DNA of 47,256 bases from contig VMDB01000035.1 in NCBI GenBank assembly GCA_008081075.1, positions 1 to 47,256 of the forward strand, in the 5' to 3' direction. Every line of letters starts with the position of its first letter. The first letter of the stretch is position 1. The notes below the pieces were generated by a model. It saw only the letters and a list, made by a program, of their open reading frames with translations. It was not told the origin of the DNA and made no database searches. The translations under genes were made by a program, and so were the position numbers. Below, in pieces: positions 28,301-39,740 of this stretch. The stretch comes from Halieaceae bacterium. Lineage in GTDB: Bacteria > Pseudomonadota > Gammaproteobacteria > Pseudomonadales > Halieaceae.

Positions 28301-29695
28301 GTGTCCGATCACATTCACATACTGGGTATTTGCGGCACTTTCATGGGCGGATTGGCGCTACTTGCCAAGGACAGCGGCTTTACCGTGACGGGCTCTGACC
28401 GAAATATCTATCCGCCGATGAGTACGCAACTGGCTGAGAGCGGGATTGTGCTTGTCGATGGCTACGATGCCGCTCAACTGGATCCCCCGCCTGACACCGT
28501 GGTTGTTGGCAACGCGCTGTCCCGCGGGAATGCTGCTGTCGAAGCGATGTTGTCCGAGGGGCTTGATTACACCTCAGGGCCGGAGTGGCTGGCGCGCCAT
28601 GTCCTCAGAGATCGCTGGGTGTTGGCGGTCTCTGGTACCCACGGCAAGACGTCCACCGCCAGTATGCTAGCTTGGATTCTTGAGTTTGCCGGGCATGACC
28701 CCGGGTTCTTAATTGGTGGTGTCCCCGAGAATTTTGGTGTCTCTGCGCGCTTCGGGTCGGGCCGCTACTTTGTCATTGAAGCGGACGAGTACGACTCTGC
28801 CTTCTTTGACAAGCGCTCCAAATTCATTCATTACCGGCCCCGTACCTTGATTATTAATAATCTGGAATACGATCACGCCGATATCTTTCCCGATCTAGCC
28901 GCTATCGAAAACCAATTCCACCATTTGGTGCGATGCGTATCCGGTACGGGTGCGATTATCAGGGGCGGTGGCGCTGCCATTGACCGGGTTTTGGCGCGGG
29001 GGGTATGGACGCCTGTCCACAGGATCTTCCAGCATGCGGGCGCAGGCGAGCCGTCAGTGTCAGCTAAGGCCTGTTCCTGGCGAGCGCTGTCCAAGCAGGC
29101 TAATCAGTTAGAGATCCGCTCTCCAGACGGTGAAGTTGCCGAGTTGGATTGGTCCCTCATGGGCGAGCACAACGCTTGGAATGCGACGGCCGCCATAACG
29201 GCTGCGTTGCAGGTCGGGGTTGGGTTTAGTCAGTGCGTGGAAGCGTTGTCTCAGTTCGCGGGCATCAAGAGAAGACTGGAGTTACTCGGCACGCCGGGTG
29301 GCGTAGCCGTCTATGACGATTTTGCCCATCATCCGACCGCGATAGAGACCACACTCGCCGGTATGCGTGCCGCGGAGAGCGAGGGGCGACTCCTTGCCAT
29401 TATCGAACCTCGCTCCAATACGATGCGCATGGGTCAGCATCGGGAGCAGTTGGCACCTGCTGCCCGAGTGGCCGATCAAGTGCTCTGGTACCAACCCGAA
29501 GGATTAGACTGGGACTTATCAGGCGCAATCGAGGGATACGCCGGGCAACGCGTTTGTTCCAGTGTGGCGCAAATTATCGAGACAGTGGTCCAGTTGGTGG
29601 CCCCGGGAGATCGGGTTGTGGTGATGAGTAATGGTGGGTTCGAGGGTTTGCACGGTCAACTTGTCGCGCGGCTGGAAGCGGAGTCACGTCATTGA
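28301..29695 (+). CDS. mpl: UDP-MurNAc:L-Ala-gamma-D-Glu-mDAP ligase
   Basis: HIHILGICGTFMGGLA, SGTHGKTST, EADEYDSAFFDKRSKF, DDFAHHPTAI, EPRSNTM, MSNGGF; start moved to GTG 28301 after GGAG. Confidence 0.97.
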   Translation: MSDHIHILGICGTFMGGLALLAKDSGFTVTGSDRNIYPPMSTQLAESGIVLVDGYDAAQLDPPPDTVVVGNALSRGNAAVEAMLSEGLDYTSGPEWLARHVLRDRWVLAVSGTHGKTSTASMLAWILEFAGHDPGFLIGGVPENFGVSARFGSGRYFVIEADEYDSAFFDKRSKFIHYRPRTLIINNLEYDHADIFPDLAAIENQFHHLVRCVSGTGAIIRGGGAAIDRVLARGVWTPVHRIFQHAGAGEPSVSAKACSWRALSKQANQLEIRSPDGEVAELDWSLMGEHNAWNATAAITAALQVGVGFSQCVEALSQFAGIKRRLELLGTPGGVAVYDDFAHHPTAIETTLAGMRAAESEGRLLAIIEPRSNTMRMGQHREQLAPAARVADQVLWYQPEGLDWDLSGAIEGYAGQRVCSSVAQIIETVVQLVAPGDRVVVMSNGGFEGLHGQLVARLEAESRH

Positions 29696-32217
29696 ACAAG
29701 GTTGATGCGTTTTACCAGCACCTGCTCCGAAGGCCCTGGCATGTCGTGGGTGCTGCAAGTTGCTTCCTGCTGTTGTCTCTCTGGCAAATGCCTAACCTGA
29801 GACTGGATGCCTCTTCTGATTCACTCTTACTGCAGGGCGACCCCGACTTGGCTTACTTCCGGGAATCGTCTTCAAAATATGCGGGAAACGAATTTCTGGT
29901 GCTCACGTGGGAGCCAGATGCGCCGCTACTGTCTCCCGACTCTCTTGAACCGCTTGCGGCTATGGTTGACGAGCTCGAGCGTATCGCAGGGGTTGCCGAG
30001 GTGACCACACTGCTCGACGTGCCGTTGCTGGAGAGCCCACCCCTGACACTGACTGATCTTTCTCGCGCCGACAGTATGCCCACGCTGCGAGACGCACAGG
30101 TGGATCGGGCCCTGGCACTTAAAGAGCTAACAACCAGCCCTATTTATCGCAACTTATTGGTCAGCGAGGAGGGCGACTTGACTGCGGTACAAGTCGTCAT
30201 AGAGGCGAACCCCGAAGCGGAGGCGCTGCTGGAAGCGCGAGAGTCGCTGCGGGCTGCGGCGGTGCGGGGAGACATCACGGCTGCTGAGCGGATTAATCTC
30301 GCGGAGATAGAGTCCGCCTACGACGAAACCCTCGTGCAACTGGCCAGCAAGCGGGATCAGATGGTGATGTCAGTGCGAGCGGTTGCCGAGCGATTTAGGC
30401 CCTATGCAAATATTTTTGTAGGTGGAGTTCCCATGATCGCCGCCGATATGATGGCGTTTGTTCGTTCCGACTTGGTGACATTCGGTACCGCAATTTTATC
30501 CGTTATGGCGCTGGTTCTGGCGCTGATTTTTCGCCACCTCAAGTGGGTGGTCATCCCGCTGGTCACATGTACCGCTACGGCAAGTTTTTTGCTGGGAGTG
30601 CTGGCTGCTACTGACTGGCGTATGACCGTTATTTCTTCCAATTCTGTGGCGGTCTTGTTGATCGTGACGCTCTCTCTGTCTATTCATCTGGTGGTTCGCT
30701 ATCGGGAACTGCATCGTCTACAACCTGGCGCCACCCGCGTCGCGCTCGCTGTTGATGCGGCCCGATTAATGCTGGTGCCCTGCCTTTACACCGCGATGAC
30801 GACTATCGTTGCGTTTGCCTCTTTGGTAGTGGCAGGTCTGCAACCGGTCATCGATTTTGGCTGGATGATGACCACGGGCATCGTCTTGGGATTTTGCACG
30901 GCGTTTACCTTAGTCCCGGCACTCATGGTCCTGATTCCCGATAAAACCGTAGCCGCTACGTCCTCGTCTGACGCGTCTCTGACGCTGCGATTCGCAGATG
31001 TGGTTAAGGGTCATGGGGCTGTTGTTACAGCCGTGACGCTACTGCTGACGATAATTTCTCTGTTCGGTATTCGCTCACTTGAAGTCGAAAACAGGTTTAT
31101 TGATTACTTCAAGGAGCACACCGAGATATACCAAGGCATGCAGTTACTCGATGCCCGACTCGGCGGCACCATCCCGCTCGATGTGATTTTAATGGCGCCG
31201 CCGGAGACTGAGTCAGCAGCAGTCGTTGCTGAAGAACCCCCGATTGAGGGCGGCTGGGACGGCGACGATGAATTCATGGACGACGGTTTCGGCATCGATT
31301 TCAGTTTTGACAGTGAGGACACTGCCACTGCTGGGTATTGGTTTACGCTACCTGGACGCCAGATGATTGACGAGGTTCACGGAATTATCGCGGCCAGAGA
31401 GGAGTCCGGTAAGGTGCTGTCCTTGTCCACCGCGTTTGAGGTAATGGACGGCCTCTACGGCGGACAGCTGGGGGGCGTTGAGCTGGCGCTGATCGAGAAC
31501 AGCTTGCCCGACGACGTCAATCGCTCGCTGATTAACCCTTTCTACTCACCCGAGCATGGCGAGGTGCGAATTAGCGTTAGGGTCATGGAGACAAGCGAAT
31601 CCTTACGGCGCGATGCCTATCTGCGCGAGTTGCGCGAGCAGATTCTCGCCGAGACGGGGATTGAGGCCAGCCGGCTTCGCTTCACCTCGCTACTCGTTCT
31701 TTATAACAACGTGCTGCAAAGCCTTTTCCAATCTCAGATTATGACGCTGGGGGCCGTATTTGTGGCGATCGGGTTAATGTTCTGGATGCTTTTTCGCTCC
31801 TTGTCGATCGCGTTGTTGGCATTGGCGCCGAATATCCTTGCGGCCGCGTTGGTGCTTGGGCTAATGGGGTTGGCGGGGATTCCCCTGGATATTATGACCA
31901 TCACTATCGCGGCAATCGTGGTTGGCATCGGGGTAGACGACTGTATTCACTACTTGCATCGATTTAGAGATGAGGTGGCGATCGATCAGGATTATCAGGC
32001 GGCGATGTTCCGCAGCCATGGCAGTATTGGACGTGCAATGTATTACACGACACTGACCGTTGTTGTGGGATTCGCCATGTTGACCTTGTCGAACTTCACG
32101 CCCAGCTTGTACTTTGGTGTTCTGACGGTGGTCGCGATGATTGCTGCCGTCGCCGGCGCTCTGTTATTGCTGCCACGGTTGATTCTCATTTTTCGGCCTT
32201 TTGGACCCGGGCGTTAG
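29692..32217 (+). CDS. MMPL/RND-superfamily membrane transporter
   Basis: Two repeats of TM helix, large periplasmic loop and five TM helices; GIGVDDCIHYLHRF motif. Confidence 0.88.
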   Translation: MNKVDAFYQHLLRRPWHVVGAASCFLLLSLWQMPNLRLDASSDSLLLQGDPDLAYFRESSSKYAGNEFLVLTWEPDAPLLSPDSLEPLAAMVDELERIAGVAEVTTLLDVPLLESPPLTLTDLSRADSMPTLRDAQVDRALALKELTTSPIYRNLLVSEEGDLTAVQVVIEANPEAEALLEARESLRAAAVRGDITAAERINLAEIESAYDETLVQLASKRDQMVMSVRAVAERFRPYANIFVGGVPMIAADMMAFVRSDLVTFGTAILSVMALVLALIFRHLKWVVIPLVTCTATASFLLGVLAATDWRMTVISSNSVAVLLIVTLSLSIHLVVRYRELHRLQPGATRVALAVDAARLMLVPCLYTAMTTIVAFASLVVAGLQPVIDFGWMMTTGIVLGFCTAFTLVPALMVLIPDKTVAATSSSDASLTLRFADVVKGHGAVVTAVTLLLTIISLFGIRSLEVENRFIDYFKEHTEIYQGMQLLDARLGGTIPLDVILMAPPETESAAVVAEEPPIEGGWDGDDEFMDDGFGIDFSFDSEDTATAGYWFTLPGRQMIDEVHGIIAAREESGKVLSLSTAFEVMDGLYGGQLGGVELALIENSLPDDVNRSLINPFYSPEHGEVRISVRVMETSESLRRDAYLRELREQILAETGIEASRLRFTSLLVLYNNVLQSLFQSQIMTLGAVFVAIGLMFWMLFRSLSIALLALAPNILAAALVLGLMGLAGIPLDIMTITIAAIVVGIGVDDCIHYLHRFRDEVAIDQDYQAAMFRSHGSIGRAMYYTTLTVVVGFAMLTLSNFTPSLYFGVLTVVAMIAAVAGALLLLPRLILIFRPFGPGR

Positions 32218-32219
32218 GG

Positions 32220-32480
32220 ATGCGGTGTCGAGAGCGCTGCGGGGCGTGTTGCGTAGCGCCCTCCATTTCACAGCCCTTTTGGGGCATGCCACAGGGCAAG
32301 GCTGCGGGCGTGGTCTGTGTGCATCTAACTTCTGAAGCGGCGTGCGCGCTGTTCAATGACCCCCGTCGGCCCGCCGTTTGCGCTAATTTTCAGCCCGATG
32401 TGATGGTTTGCGGCGAGACCCGAGAGGAGGCGTTTTATTTACTACAAGCGCTTGAATTGAGGACCACCCCCACGTGCTAA
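32220..32480 (+). CDS. YkgJ-family cysteine-cluster protein
   Basis: CRERCGACCVAPSIS...CVHL...CALF...RPAVC. Confidence 0.88.
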   Translation: MRCRERCGACCVAPSISQPFWGMPQGKAAGVVCVHLTSEAACALFNDPRRPAVCANFQPDVMVCGETREEAFYLLQALELRTTPTC

Positions 32481-33079
32481 CTGAAATTGCGTTATTCCCA
32501 TTGTCATCGGTGCTGATGCCTCGGGCGAGAATACCCCTGCAAATTTTTGAGCAGCGCTATCTCGATCTGGTCGCTCGGTGTATGCGCGAGAGCGCGGGTT
32601 TTGGTGTGGTTTGGCTCAAGCAAGGTTCAGAGGTTTCCGGTGGATCTCTGGACGTGCCGAATATCAGTGACGTGGGAACCTATGCCCCGATCGTCGACTG
32701 GGACCAGCTACCTAATGGCTTGTTGGGAATCACGATAGAGGGTCGACAGCGATTCGCTGTCGAGTCGGCGTGGAGAGAAGCCGATGGCCTCATCAAGGCT
32801 GAGGTATCACTGGACGCTCCAACGGGGACGGCACCCTTGCCCGATCATTACAGCGGTCTCGCCGAGGTGCTGGAGAGCCTGTTGCGACACCCGCAGGTCA
32901 AGCGTTTGGGCCTGCCGGTAGATCTCGAGGATGCGTGGACGGTAGCTTATCAGCTGGGTCAATTGCTGCCCCTCGAAGAATCGATCAAACATGGACTGCT
33001 CAATTTGGATTCGCTTGAGCAACTGCTTGAGGAACTCGATACACTGCTGAGGGAATTGAGCGGTGAAGCACCCGCGTAG
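32474..33079 (+). CDS. Lon N-terminal substrate-binding domain protein
   Basis: ALFPLSSVLMP...PLQIFEQRYLDLV...FGVV...VGT...GRQRF; no ATPase or protease domain. Confidence 0.88.
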   Translation: MLTEIALFPLSSVLMPRARIPLQIFEQRYLDLVARCMRESAGFGVVWLKQGSEVSGGSLDVPNISDVGTYAPIVDWDQLPNGLLGITIEGRQRFAVESAWREADGLIKAEVSLDAPTGTAPLPDHYSGLAEVLESLLRHPQVKRLGLPVDLEDAWTVAYQLGQLLPLEESIKHGLLNLDSLEQLLEELDTLLRELSGEAPA

Positions 33080-33129
33080 AGCGCTATTTGTCTGAGTGGC
33101 GCCGGGCGCGAGGGAGGAGAGAGTGACGC

Positions 33130-34887
33130 ATGGTTTATGACCTGAAAATTTCTGGCGGGTTTGTGGTTGATGGCACCGGGGCGCCGGGCAGGCGCGCGGA
33201 TATCGGCATTGTCGGTGACCGAATCGTGGCCGTGGGAGCGCTGGCGGAAGCGGCGCTCGAAGAGATCGATGCTACTGACCGCGTGGTCATTCCTGGGTTC
33301 GTGGATATCCATACCCATTATGACGGGCAGGCCACCTGGGATCCGGAAATGGCCCCCTCTTCCTGGCACGGGGTTACGACGGTTGTGATGGGGAATTGCG
33401 GCGTCGGTTTTGCACCCGCAGCACCTGAGCGGCGGGAATGGTTGGTCGGTTTGATGGAGGGGGTTGAGGATATTCCAGGCAGCGCGCTGACGGAGGGAAT
33501 GACCTGGGACTGGGAGTCTTTCCCAGAGTATCTGGATGCACTGGAAAAATTGGATCGCACGATCGACGTCGCCACTCAGGTACCCCACGGCGCAGTTCGC
33601 GCCTACGTGATGGGAGAGCGCGGTGCTGCAAACGAGACGCCCACTGATACCGAGATCGCTCGCATGTCAGCGATTGTTGAGGAGGGCCTTAACGCCGGCG
33701 CGCTGGGTTTTTCGACCTCCCGCACCGTTCTGCATAAGTCGGTCGATGGCGAATTGGTGCCGGGAACGACCGCGAGCAAGGAAGAGCTGCTTGGCATCGG
33801 GCGGGCGCTAAAGCGCGCGGGCCATGGGGTATTCGAGATGGCCAGTGACCTGCTTCCTGAGTGGCATGAATTTGAATGGATGGGTGACCTGAGTCGAGAA
33901 ACCGGCGCGCCGGTCACGTTCACCGCCTTGGAGTCACCTATCAAGGGTGTGCCATTTGCCGAGCAGCTGCGTCAGATGCGCGAGCAGAATGCCCAGGGTG
34001 CGCAGCTTGTGGCACAGATCTCCATGCGCGGGACCGGCCTGATTCTTGGCTGGCAAGCTACCTTCCATCCTTTTTCACAGCGTGCAAGTTGGAAGGCGAT
34101 CGCTGATAAGCCTTGGAATGAGCAGTGGCAGCACCTGTCTGATCCCGCATTTCGGGCGCAGCTACTGAGCGAGCGCGGAGAGCCTACCGGGAGTGACCTC
34201 CAATTGATCGCCGACCTGATGGAGAGCGCGTTCTCGATGCAATACGAAATGCGCCCGGGCTTTGACTATGAACCGACCGCGGAACAGTCAATCGAGCGAT
34301 GTGCGGGTGACGCCGGCGTCAGCGCAGAGGAGTACGCATACGACTTCATGATGCGCGACGGTGGGGCCGGGATGATTTATTTTCCCCTGCTCAATTATGC
34401 CAACGGCAACCTCGATTTTCTCGAGTCGGCGCTCAATTCTGATGACTGCGTGAATTCACTATCCGATGGAGGCGCCCATTGCGGCACAATTTGCGATGCT
34501 GCTGCTACCACTTTCATGCTGCAGCACTGGGTGCGTGACCGCAGCCATGGCCGTTTACCGCTCGAGTATGCGATCAAAAGACAGTGCCGCGATACGGCAA
34601 GACTCTACGGGCTCATGGATCGGGGGGTGCTGGATGCGGGGTATCTGGCCGATCTGAATATTATCGATCTGGACGCCATGGCTCTGAATCTGCCGACCGT
34701 TGCTTTCGACCTGCCCGCAGGAGGCAGACGTTTGTTGCAGACAGCGACGGGTTATGACTGCACCATCAAGTCCGGCAAGGTGACTTTCCGCAACAGCACT
34801 GCCACGGGTTGTTTTCCCGGGAGCGTTATTCGCGGTCCTCAGCCGGCACCACTTGCGGCCAACCACCCAGAGTCTGCCATCGGTTAA
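33130..34887 (+). CDS. N-acyl-D-amino-acid deacylase-like amidohydrolase
   Basis: [51 protein letters not shown]. Confidence 0.87.
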   Translation: MVYDLKISGGFVVDGTGAPGRRADIGIVGDRIVAVGALAEAALEEIDATDRVVIPGFVDIHTHYDGQATWDPEMAPSSWHGVTTVVMGNCGVGFAPAAPERREWLVGLMEGVEDIPGSALTEGMTWDWESFPEYLDALEKLDRTIDVATQVPHGAVRAYVMGERGAANETPTDTEIARMSAIVEEGLNAGALGFSTSRTVLHKSVDGELVPGTTASKEELLGIGRALKRAGHGVFEMASDLLPEWHEFEWMGDLSRETGAPVTFTALESPIKGVPFAEQLRQMREQNAQGAQLVAQISMRGTGLILGWQATFHPFSQRASWKAIADKPWNEQWQHLSDPAFRAQLLSERGEPTGSDLQLIADLMESAFSMQYEMRPGFDYEPTAEQSIERCAGDAGVSAEEYAYDFMMRDGGAGMIYFPLLNYANGNLDFLESALNSDDCVNSLSDGGAHCGTICDAAATTFMLQHWVRDRSHGRLPLEYAIKRQCRDTARLYGLMDRGVLDAGYLADLNIIDLDAMALNLPTVAFDLPAGGRRLLQTATGYDCTIKSGKVTFRNSTATGCFPGSVIRGPQPAPLAANHPESAIG

Positions 34888-35476
34888 CGATCAAGCAGAA
34901 CAGCTCAGCGGTCTTGATGGCGTCGTAGCGCGCCGAGTGGGCTTCATTGTTGTCAAAGGGGATGCCCGCCAGAGAGCAAGCTCTCGCCAATACGGTATGA
35001 CCGAAGGCGAGGCCAGCTAGCGTTGCCGTATCGAAGTAGGAAAAAGGATGGAAGGGATTCCTCTTCAGGCCTGCTCGTTCAGTGGCGACATTGAGAAAGC
35101 CGGCATCGAAGTGGGCGTTGTGCCCAACCAGCACGGCGCGGTTGCACTGATTGGCTTTCACCGCGAGCCTGACGATACCGAAAAGCTCCCCAAGGGCGAT
35201 AGCCTCTGGTAGGGCGCCGCGCAAAGGACTTTCTGGATCGATTCCGGTGAACTCCAGTGCCGCGGGATCCAGATTTGCCCCCTCGAAGGGTTCAATGTTG
35301 CGGCTGTGGGTGGCCTCGATAATGAGCTCTCCCTCTTCATTCATGGCCAGCTCGGTGATTGCCATCTCCAAAATAGCATCGGTTTGGCAGTTGAAACCCC
35401 CGGTTTCTATGTCGACCACCACGGGGAGGAAACCGCGGAACCGATCTCTCATGGGTGAGGTGTCGTTATCGGGCAT
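34826..35476 (-). CDS. rnt: Ribonuclease T
   Basis: [46 protein letters not shown] (DEDDh). Confidence 0.96.
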   Translation of the reverse strand: MPDNDTSPMRDRFRGFLPVVVDIETGGFNCQTDAILEMAITELAMNEEGELIIEATHSRNIEPFEGANLDPAALEFTGIDPESPLRGALPEAIALGELFGIVRLAVKANQCNRAVLVGHNAHFDAGFLNVATERAGLKRNPFHPFSYFDTATLAGLAFGHTVLARACSLAGIPFDNNEAHSARYDAIKTAELFCLIVNRWQTLGGWPQVVPAEDRE

Positions 35477-36515
35477 CGGTTTGGCGCGTGACTGTCCAGT
35501 TTACCGTCTCGCCCGCACGGATTGGCACCAAACGATCGTCTCCCAGAGCGATGTCCGAAGGCACGGACTGCGGCGTCTTGACGAGCGTCACGGCGCCCGA
35601 ATTGCGCGGGAGTCGGTAAAAATCGGGGCCGTTGAAGCTACAGAATGCCTCGAGGTGTGCCAGCGCCCCTTCTTCTTCGAAGACTTCGGCATACAGTGGC
35701 AACGCGGCGTGCGCTGTATAACAACCGGCGCAGCCGCAACTGGATTCCTTATCGGTTTTTGCGTGGGGAGCCGAGTCTGTACCCAGAAAAAAACGGGGGT
35801 GCCCCGACGCGACAATGGCGCGCAATGCCAGCTGATGGCGATTTCTCTTGAGCACTGGCAGACAAAAAAAATGTGGCTTGATCCCTCCCACCAGCAGGTG
35901 ATTACGGTTGTACATCAAGTGATGCGCAGTAATTGTCGCTGCCGTGCGCTCCCCCGCATCAGACACATATTGGACCGCGTCCTCGGTAGTGATGTGTTCA
36001 AACACGATACGCAGTTCGGGGAACTCTTGTCTGATCGGTATCAAGGAAGTGTCGATGAAGGCTTTTTCGCGATCAAAAATATCGCAAGTAGGGTCGGTGA
36101 CTTCGCCGTGAACGAGGAGAGGCACATCGTGGCGCTCCATTTCACCCAATATGGGATAGAGCGGATCGAGTGCAGTGACCCCGGCGGCGGAGTTGGTGGT
36201 CGCCCCGGCGGGATAGAGTTTTACGCCATGGACATGAGGGCAGTCAGCGGCCGCGACAATCGTCTCTCGGTCAGTTTTATCCGTGAGGTAGAGCGTCATG
36301 AGAGGCTCGAACGGCATGTCTGCTGGCACGTGCGCGAGAATCCGCTCGCGGTAGGTGAGCGCGTCCTTCACGGATATCACGGGAGGCGTCAGGTTTGGCA
36401 TCACGATCGCTCGTCCGGCCCACCTGGCAACGTCAGGCACGGTAGTCGACAGCGCCGGACCATCCCGCAGGTGTATGTGCCAGTCGTCTGGTAGTGTCAA
36501 AGTGAGCGCGGTCAT
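35466..36515 (-). CDS. pyrC: Dihydroorotase (homodimeric type)
   Basis: [49 protein letters not shown]. Confidence 0.98.
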   Translation of the reverse strand: MTALTLTLPDDWHIHLRDGPALSTTVPDVARWAGRAIVMPNLTPPVISVKDALTYRERILAHVPADMPFEPLMTLYLTDKTDRETIVAAADCPHVHGVKLYPAGATTNSAAGVTALDPLYPILGEMERHDVPLLVHGEVTDPTCDIFDREKAFIDTSLIPIRQEFPELRIVFEHITTEDAVQYVSDAGERTAATITAHHLMYNRNHLLVGGIKPHFFCLPVLKRNRHQLALRAIVASGHPRFFLGTDSAPHAKTDKESSCGCAGCYTAHAALPLYAEVFEEEGALAHLEAFCSFNGPDFYRLPRNSGAVTLVKTPQSVPSDIALGDDRLVPIRAGETVNWTVTRQTDAR

Positions 36516-36634
36516 GGGGATACGGGCCTCTCGTCAGGCGGCAGTGTAGCAGAGGTGGCAGATTGCAAGCCTGTTCTCTGGTGTGTGGCCAGCTGCAGTC
36601 GTAAACTACGCCCCCTTTTTTATCAGGTGAGATT

Positions 36635-37855
36635 ATGTCGGCCATCAAAAAAGTCGTACTGGCGTATTCGGGCGGTCTCGATACCTCTGTGATCGTGAGG
36701 TGGTTGCAGGACACCCACCAATGCGAGGTAGTGACGTTTACTGCCGACATAGGTCAGGGCGAAGAGGTCGAGCCCGCGCGCGCCAAAGCACAGGCGTTAG
36801 GGGTCAAGGAAATTTATATCGAAGACCTCCGTGAATCCTTCGTCAAAAACTTTGTCTTTCCCATGTTTCGCGCCAACACCGTATACGAGGGGGAGTATCT
36901 TTTAGGCACCTCGATTGCGCGCCCTCTGATTGCCCAGCGACTCGTCGAGATTGCCAACGAGACGGGTGCCGACGCGATCGCCCACGGTGCCACCGGTAAA
37001 GGTAATGATCAGGTGCGCTTTGAGCTCGGAGCCTATGCCCTAAAACCCGGTATTCAGGTCATAGCACCGTGGCGAGAGTGGGATCTCAACTCCCGCGAGG
37101 CACTCATGGCGTATTGCCGCGAGCGGGATATTCCGGTCGATTTTGCCAAAGCGCAAAAGAAGTCACCTTATTCGATGGACGCGAACTTACTCCACATATC
37201 CTATGAGGGAGATGTGCTCGAGGATCCGTGGTTGCCACCAGAGGAGGATATGTGGCGCTGGACTGTGAGTCCCGAGACGGCACCAGATCGAGCGGAAGAG
37301 CTTACGCTGACGTTTGAGCGCGGCGACGCGGTAGCGATCGATGGCCAGACGATGACGCCGGCAGAGGTGTTGGCCGCGCTGAATGAGAGAGGTGGCGCTA
37401 ACGGGGTTGGGCGCGCTGACATTGTTGAAAACCGCTACGTGGGTATGAAGTCACGAGGATGCTACGAAACCCCGGGGGGCAGTATTTTGCTGCGCGCTCA
37501 CAGAGCCATGGAGTCCATTACGCTTGACCGCGAGGTGGCACATTTGAAAGACGACCTGATGCCACGATACGCCAAGCTAATTTATAACGGCTACTGGTGG
37601 TCTCCGGAGCGTCATGCGTTACAGGCGGCGATCGATCAGACGCAGTCGGTCGTGAATGGTGAGGTCAGATTATCCTTGTACAAGGGCAATGTGACTGTGG
37701 TGGGGCGCCGATCCAGTGACTCATTGTTTGACGCCAGGATTGCCACTTTTGAATCTGACGGCGGTGCCTACAACCAGAAAGACGCCGAGGGCTTTATTAA
37801 ACTGAATGCGCTGCGTCTGCGCTTGGCCGCGCAAAAAGGCAGGCAGCACCAGTAG
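36635..37855 (+). CDS. argG: Argininosuccinate synthase
   Basis: [60 protein letters not shown]. Confidence 0.99.
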   Translation: MSAIKKVVLAYSGGLDTSVIVRWLQDTHQCEVVTFTADIGQGEEVEPARAKAQALGVKEIYIEDLRESFVKNFVFPMFRANTVYEGEYLLGTSIARPLIAQRLVEIANETGADAIAHGATGKGNDQVRFELGAYALKPGIQVIAPWREWDLNSREALMAYCRERDIPVDFAKAQKKSPYSMDANLLHISYEGDVLEDPWLPPEEDMWRWTVSPETAPDRAEELTLTFERGDAVAIDGQTMTPAEVLAALNERGGANGVGRADIVENRYVGMKSRGCYETPGGSILLRAHRAMESITLDREVAHLKDDLMPRYAKLIYNGYWWSPERHALQAAIDQTQSVVNGEVRLSLYKGNVTVVGRRSSDSLFDARIATFESDGGAYNQKDAEGFIKLNALRLRLAAQKGRQHQ

Positions 37856-37993
37856 AGGTGGCTTCGGGGGCTATGCGGCGGTCGTTTGCGAAAAGGGGTA
37901 GAGTGATGCAAATCACTACTGCGATAACCATGGTCACGACGTTCATAACTATGTCGTCGGGCCGAAGCGCTGAAATGGGCGTGGGAGGGTGTC

Positions 37994-39529
37994 ATGAACT
38001 CAGAAGTTAAAATCACGGAATCGACGACCGCTGATGCCGAATGCTTTGACGTGATCATTATCGGTGCCGGCCTGTCGGGTATCGGCACAGCGGTGAGATT
38101 ACAGCGAGATTGCCCGGATCGAAATTATGTCCTGTTGGAAAGACGTGAAGCCATTGGTGGCACCTGGGATCTCTTCCGTTATCCGGGCATACGGTCAGAC
38201 AGCGACATGCATACCTTGGGCTATGACTTTAAGCCTTGGGAGGCTGAAAAGACGATTGCAGACGGACCGTCCATTCTGAGCTATGTCAACGAAACCGCGG
38301 ATGAATATCGCATTCGCGACCATATTCGTTTTAGTCAAAAGCTGGTGTCGGCTGACTGGTGCAGTCAGCGCTCCCAGTGGCAACTGACGGTGGAAACCCC
38401 GGAGGGCATCAGGCGCTACCGGTGCGGATTTCTGATGATGTGCGCCGGCTATTACAGCTACGAGCAAGGCTACGAACCCGAATTTGAGGGCAAATCGGAT
38501 TTTCGCGGCGATTGGATACATCCCCAGTTCTGGCCAGACTCCCTGACTTACGAAGACAAGAAGGTCGTGGTGATTGGGTCAGGTGCAACGGCGATGACGT
38601 TGGTCCCCAATATGTCTCGTAAGGCCTCGCACGTGACGATGTTGCAACGGTCGCCCACCTACGTGATCTCGCGCCCTTCTGTGGATGGTCTCGCCAACTG
38701 GCTGCGGCGCTATCTGCCACCCAAGCTTGCCTATGACATTGTGCGTTGGCGTAACACGGTGTGGCAGCAATGGATGTATCAGTTGACGCGCGTAGCGCCT
38801 GGGATGGTGAAACGATCATTGCTCAAGAAGGTGCGGGAAGAAATTGGAGAGATGGTTGACATCGAGAAGCATTTTACGCCCCGCTACAACCCGTGGGACC
38901 AGCGGCTGTGTCTGGTCCCCGATGATGATTTGTTCCGCGCCATCCAGTCGGGGAAAGCCTCGGTGGTAACAGACCATATTCAGAAAATTACTGATAGAGG
39001 TGTCGAGTTGGTATCGGGAGAGCATCTGGATGCCGATATCATTGTCTGCGCTACGGGGCTCGAGCTGGTCATCCTCGGCGGCGCCGAGTTCACGCTGGAC
39101 GGTGAAGCCATCGATCTTGCAAACGAGTGGACTTACAAGGGCATGATGTGCTCCAACATCCCGAACATGGTCCACACGTTCGGCTATATCAACGCTTCAT
39201 GGACACTGCGGGCGGATCTGATCGCGACCTGGCTGTGCCGGTTACTCAATCATATGCGTGCCGAGGGCATGAAGACGGCGACCCCGCGTATTTCAGAGGA
39301 ACTGGCTGCTACCATGAGTCGGCGATTTTGGATTGATGATTTCTCGGCTGGTTACATGCAGCGGGTCATGCATCGATTCCCCAAGCAGGGGGATTGTATG
39401 CCCTGGATGAACCCACAGAACTACCGCAAGGATCGCAAGATGTTTCGCGACGATCCCATCGTTGATGAGGCGCTGGTATTTGATGCGGTGGCGCCGGTTC
39501 TCGAACCTGCGCTGGAGAAAGTAGGTTAA
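37994..39529 (+). CDS. Flavin-containing (EthA-like Baeyer-Villiger) monooxygenase
   Basis: IIGAGLSG, GGTWDLFRYPGIRSDS, FRGDWIHPQFWP (FxGxxxHxxxWP), VIGSGATA, LQRSPTY. Confidence 0.92.
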   Translation: MNSEVKITESTTADAECFDVIIIGAGLSGIGTAVRLQRDCPDRNYVLLERREAIGGTWDLFRYPGIRSDSDMHTLGYDFKPWEAEKTIADGPSILSYVNETADEYRIRDHIRFSQKLVSADWCSQRSQWQLTVETPEGIRRYRCGFLMMCAGYYSYEQGYEPEFEGKSDFRGDWIHPQFWPDSLTYEDKKVVVIGSGATAMTLVPNMSRKASHVTMLQRSPTYVISRPSVDGLANWLRRYLPPKLAYDIVRWRNTVWQQWMYQLTRVAPGMVKRSLLKKVREEIGEMVDIEKHFTPRYNPWDQRLCLVPDDDLFRAIQSGKASVVTDHIQKITDRGVELVSGEHLDADIIVCATGLELVILGGAEFTLDGEAIDLANEWTYKGMMCSNIPNMVHTFGYINASWTLRADLIATWLCRLLNHMRAEGMKTATPRISEELAATMSRRFWIDDFSAGYMQRVMHRFPKQGDCMPWMNPQNYRKDRKMFRDDPIVDEALVFDAVAPVLEPALEKVG

Positions 39530-39535
39530 TCCCGT

Positions 39536-39733
39536 ATGACCGCGCATGGCTTGCAGGAGAGCAGTGTGTACTGCCCCTACTGTGGCGAAGCCATCGAGGT
39601 CTTGTTGAACCCGGAGGATGTGGGCCGCGAGTACATAGAGGACTGCCAGGTCTGTTGTCGTCCTATTGAGTTCAGATTAACGGAGTCAGCGGGAGGCTGG
39701 TTGGAGGCTGAGGTGCGCTCCGACAGCGATTAG
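39536..39733 (+). CDS. CPXCG-motif small cysteine-rich protein
   Basis: CPYCGE...YIEDCQVCCRPI. Confidence 0.85.
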   Translation: MTAHGLQESSVYCPYCGEAIEVLLNPEDVGREYIEDCQVCCRPIEFRLTESAGGWLEAEVRSDSD

Positions 39734-39740
39734 TCGTTTG

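Noticed and set aside
35151-36494. 447-aa plus-strand ORF
   Set aside because: Antisense to rnt and pyrC, which are unambiguous; no recognisable domain.
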